DNA of 64,000 nt, taken from Squalus acanthias (lineage: Eukaryota). This document shows positions 59,365 through 64,000 of this stretch, piece after piece; the stretch's first letter is position 1; every line of letters begins with the position of its first letter. The stretch lies in contig CM059432.1 in the NCBI GenBank assembly GCA_030390025.1, forward strand, positions 4,278,001 to 4,342,000. The letters are read 5' to 3'. The notes under the pieces are model-generated. The model ran no database searches and was not told where the DNA came from. It worked only from the letters and a program-made list of their open reading frames with translations. Both the position numbers and the translations under genes were made by a program.

Positions 59365-59768
59365 GATTTATACAGCACAGAAAGAGGCCCTTTGGCCCAT
59401 CGTGTCCGCGCCGGCCATCAAGCCCTGTCTATTCTAATCCCATTTTCCAGCACTTGGTCCGTAGCCTTGTATGCTATGGCGTTTCAAGTGCTCATCTAAA
59501 TGCTACTTGAATGTTATGAGGGTTTCTGCCTCTACCACCCTTTCAGGCAGTGAGTTCCAGATTCCAACCACCCTCTGGGTGAAAAAGTATTTCCTCAAAT
59601 CCCCTCTAAACCTCCTGCCACTTAACTTGAAACTATGCCCCCTGGTTATTGACCCCTCTACTAAGGGGAAAAGTTCCTTTCTATCTACCCTATCTATGCC
59701 CCTCATAATTTTGTACACCTCAATCAGGTCCCCCCTCAGCCTTCCCTGCTCTAAGGAAAACAACCCCT
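59365..59768 (-). mobile_element. CR1 3' fragment (subfamily of 36280-39022)
   Basis: ORF 59503-59763. Confidence 0.9.
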
Positions 59769-60190
59769 ACAATATTGACATAAAATTATTTACAATATTG
59801 ACGTAAAATTGAAATGCCGCTGCCTGTATCAGGTGTAAGTTTCCTGCCCACACTGGAAATTCCATGAGAAATGTGCCTCAAGGATAAAGGAGGAGGAAGC
59901 CGGCTGCGTATTGTGACCCCACTATTCCCGGCCAGAATTGAGATGATTGGGTAATTCCCCTGTCAATCACGCCTGGAGTCCGCACTGGTGTAAGTGACTG
60001 GGGTTGAATTTACACACATCATTTGTATTGTCTAACTATCCTCCGCTCACTGGATGTTGCTGGAGAAATCAGCCTGCTTCTATCGGGAGATTTTTGCTGT
60101 AGTTTCAGTCATGAGTTCAGGTTGCTGCAGTTCCTCTAGGCTCTTTTTAAAGGGGGTACGGTAGCATAGTGGTTATGTTATAGAACCATA

Positions 60191-62655
60191 GGCCGCAATT
60201 TCGCCTACCGAGGCGGGTCCAGTGTGGCCGGGGTCGATAGCGCGGTCCCAGCCCGCTGCCTGCTCCAGCCCATTCTGTTGAAGTGATTTTATGTTGATTG
60301 GGCTTGTTAAGCCCGCCCAGTGAGGTTCCCAGCCAATTAAAAGGAAGCGGGTCTGATGACGCCATTTGATGATGCGTCATCAGTCGGTTTCCTTAAAGGG
60401 GCCATGTCCAAATTTACTTTGACAGTTCTGCTGTCAGTGTTCTACAGCATTGAGGTGCTGCAAACACTGACAAGCACTGTACAGAGGTGCACGGCTGCAC
60501 CCAGGCTCTCCCATGACTCCCTCCATATTATGGAGGGAGTCACAGCACACAAGGAGGTCCTCTTCCCTTCCAATGGGCGGAAGAGACCTCCCCAGGAGAC
60601 CAACGCAGCCTGGTTGCACATTGCACAAGAGGGCACAACCAGGGATGTCATCAGGGGGACCAGGCTGCAGTGGCGCCAACCTTTCAATGATCTCAGTTGT
60701 ACGAAAGGCTGATATTTAGAGATATTTAGTAGACGAGAATCATATACATATAAATTCAAGTGTAGCCATTGACCAAATAATATTACCCAGAATTACTGCT
60801 GGGTAACTAAAAAGCTAAGACTTGTTCAGAATGCAGCTGCAAGGACAGTCAAAAGCAGTTTTGACTAAGTTTTGATAACTAGTGAAACAGCGCTGATATG
60901 GGCCCTTGGTATAAAGGTCTTGTACCAGGGAGGCAGGAAATGAAAGAGATATGGTAAATTCCAATGGGGTGAAAAACTATAAACAAGATAACAAGACAGC
61001 AGGATAGGGTTGACGGAAAAATACTGGAAAGGCGGGATGCTACCTTAGTCTGAGTGACAATGGTATTTTGACCATTAGAACCAATTAAAAAGGGTGATTT
61101 TGTTAAAGACCATATATGGACACTGGCCAAACCAACTTTTGATAAGAAAAGGGTTAAAACCTCGATACTCAAAGAACAACTTTACACAGACCTACTGCGA
61201 GAACAAAGGAACAGACTTAAGACGACGTCATCTGTGTCGGAGAGGTTCCAGAGACCAAGGGCTGCGAGCTACTCATTAAACTATCGCTTAATATTAAGTA
61301 TATTACGCTGTAAGCTTAATAAATCTCAATCTATTGCTCAAACATATTGGCTGCTGCCTATTGGTGTCTTGTCCAAGAACTCAGAGATTATTAAGATCTT
61401 AAACAGTAGATCACGAAAAGTTACTGTCAAGCCACACTCACCTTCATCCTGCTGTGCCACTCATCACATCCCCATCACTCTGCCTTCCCTACCCGACTCC
61501 TGCACATCCTTACTCACACCAACTTACCTTGCACCTCCACCCTTCCCTCTCTATCAACATTATCACATCCCCATCTCACTAGCCACCCCTCATACTCACC
61601 CTCATCCTCGTGCAATCATACCAACTAACAACACACAAGGGTAGGCACTTGGGTGTTTTAGCCAATGTTCAAGTGAAGTTTCTGTTAATGTGCTGTCAAA
61701 TATTGAAATCTTTATTTTCAACACTTGGGCAGATTTGTGTGCACCTTTGGAAGTGGCTTAGTGATTTGCAGTGAATGGTGAGACATAACCGTACCCCCTG
61801 CAATGGTCATGAGTGTGAAAGGAATGGCTTGGGCATTGTAGGGATACTTTATGGTGTTGGTGTGGGGTGGTGCCAACTTGGCGTATCATGTGACAGCCAG
61901 GGTGTACAGTGTCAATTGAAGTAAATCTGGCCATGGTGAGGCCATCCCTGGCCTCGCGGGCAGCAATGTGGTCAGGTGCTGATGCCCTGTGTCCTGTGCA
62001 GCATCAATTGATTGCGGAGAAGGATGGCGTTGTTGTTGGTGCTGCTGGTGTGCCTTGTGCTGCTGGTGTTGGGGCTGATCGTGGTGGGATTCTGAGGACC
62101 AAGGTGAGAGAGTATAAAGGGCACCCATGCTGATGGAATAGATGGCAGGCGAAGTAGAGATGACAGAAGTGATCTGTCAATGGTGAGAGAGGTAATGAGG
62201 TCAGACTGGATGGAGACTTGTGGAAAGACTTGCAGTGTGCTGAATCTGTTGTGGAAATGCAGTGAGGAAGAGCTTGTGGCTGAGGGAAGATATCTCTGTA
62301 AGGTGGGAGCTTTTACTGTACATTTGAAGCTGTCAACTCAACAGCTGATTCAATGGCCACTGCACTCCCGCCTCAGCTTCACAGACGTGGTCCACGACCA
62401 ACGTGGACCCTGTGGGCGAGCTGTCAAATGCAGAAGGTGAGCTGAAATTCATTCTCAAGTGGCTCTAAACAAGTCACTAACGACCTGAATTGGGTTCCCC
62501 CGCCGCTGCCTGTTGGGTCTGCTCAGCGCTGACAGACCCGCCATCAGGGAAAGGTGTGTGGTGGTGTGTTCACAGCGGGGGAAAAAAAACACTTTCCCAC
62601 CCGACCTGCCACCGATCATGCCCGTTGACCCCCCCCCCCCCGCAAAATTCCGGCC
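60191..62655 (+). mobile_element. Decayed Harbinger element (family C) with Myb/SANT relic
   Basis: TIR GGCCGCAATTTCGC/GCAAAATTCCGGCC 12/14; TSD ATA; APRLSHDSL..EVLFPSNGRKRP..AWLHIAQ..TRLQWRQPFNDLS at ~60495-60697. Confidence 0.82.
60698..61403 (+). mobile_element. Solo-LTR candidate (706 bp)
   Basis: 4-bp TSD CAGT; starts TGTA, ends TTAAA (CA not intact); AATAAA 61318-61323; removing it restores NDLSRSRK. Confidence 0.6.
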
Positions 62656-63369
62656 ATAGACTGTTTGCTGTGAGTCTGGCGATAAGTCCCGCCCCGCCTC
62701 CACCTCATTGGCTGCCACAGTGGTCAATAGACACTCTGGTGGAAACCCAATAACAGGTCTCCAACCCTTTTCCTCTTCCTGGTGTCCCTGAAACAGACAC
62801 ACATAGGGTGTTGGCTGAGGAATATTGCGGCTTCTATCTTCTGTCAGTTGGCTGTAAAGACCCTATGAGAATTCTCAATCTAGATCCTAGTAACCATTGG
62901 CTATTGGCACAAAATTGCCACAAATTGGGCAGAAATCTTCCTAAATCGGTAATCTTGCACAAAAGAGTTGCAGGATGGACGAGATGGGGAAAATACAAAA
63001 TTGTCACAGTTGTGTGGGTGGGCCTTGCTGTTCTGAAGTCGGGACTGAAACAGAATAGAAGTTTGTGCATCATAACTGTACTGCACATGACCTCGGAGTG
63101 GCTGATGCTCACACTGGGAGTCAAAAATGGAAAAATTTCAATTCCCAAGGAATAATAGCCTTCAACTTGATTTACCAAAAAATGGTTAAAAATGAAATGT
63201 TTCTCGAAAATAGGAAAGGTGAGAAAACGCGACAGGACAATAACAAGACGAACATTTTGAATGATTCTAAAATTGTTTTCACCAGACAAATTCGCAGAAT
63301 TCAGTTTCCATTATTTGGAGGATTAGGAGTTGCTTCAAGGTTCATGAAGAAAATGGAGCCAGTCCTTTA

Positions 63370-63962
63370 ATAGAATCATAGAATCATACAGCACTGAAGG
63401 AGGCCATTCGGCCCATCGAAAGAGCTATCCAATTAGTCTTTGAAAGAGCTATCCAATTAGTCCCACCCTCTTGTACTTTGCCCTTAGTATATATTGTTAG
63501 TATCCAAGTATTTATCCAATTCCCTTTTGAAAGTTACGATTGAATCTGCTTCCACCGCCCTTTCAGGCAGCGCGTTCCAGATCACAACAACTCGCTGCGT
63601 AAAAAAAAATTCTCCTCATCTCCCCCTCGGGCCCTTTTGCCAATTATCTTAAATCTGGTTACTGACCCTCCTGCCAGTGGAAACAGCTTCTCCCCATCTA
63701 CTCAATCAAAACCCCCTCATAATTTTTGAATCTCTCTTTAACCTTCTCTGCTCCAAGGAGAACAATCCCAGCTTCTCCAGTCTCTCCACGTAACTGAAGT
63801 CCCTCATCCCTGGTACCACTCTGGTAAATCTCCTCCGCACCCTCTCCAAGGCCTTGACATCCTTCCTAAAGTGTGGTCCCCAGAATTGGACACAATACTC
63901 TAGCTGAGATCTAACCAGTGATTTCTAATGCTTTACTATAACGTCCTTGTTTTGTACTCTAT
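63370..63962 (-). mobile_element. CR1 3' fragment
   Basis: (ATAGAATC)n tail and ORF2 C-terminal sequence. Confidence 0.87.
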
Positions 63963-64000
63963 GGGCTGGATTTTGATACTGGGGCGGGTTGGGGTCGTGT
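63963..64000. mobile_element. Left end of a family D MITE, cut by window edge
   Basis: 38 bp nearly identical to 6610-6647. Confidence 0.8.

Overview
Eukaryotic, almost entirely transposon-derived DNA. The repeat repertoire (tRNA-headed Deu-domain SINEs, many CR1 subfamilies, L2, Penelope-like ends) points to a cartilaginous fish, probably a shark; this is inferred from repeat content only. No host protein-coding gene can be called with confidence: there is one candidate promoter near 16.1 kb and two weak candidate exons. The main feature is an apparently intact, autonomous PIF/Harbinger DNA transposon at 39883-44045 (12-bp TIRs, TAC target-site duplication). It carries an uninterrupted DDE transposase (+) and a convergent 3-exon Myb/SANT-like gene (-) that the ORF track splits. 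It sits inside a hairpin-rich MITE, which sits inside a CR1. Two non-autonomous derivatives of this element and several other Harbinger-type families with 3-bp TSDs are also present. Other features: Penelope-like fragments with a GIY-YIG relic and minimal hammerhead-ribozyme motifs, a near full-length decayed CR1, two inverted 33/34-bp minisatellite arrays, two solo-LTR candidates, a small hAT MITE, two SINE/LINE tail-sharing pairs, and a CR1 segment with a strand-specific A>G cluster suggestive of ADAR editing fixed by retrotransposition. TIR, TSD and splice coordinates were read base by base; boundaries of decayed repeats are approximate.
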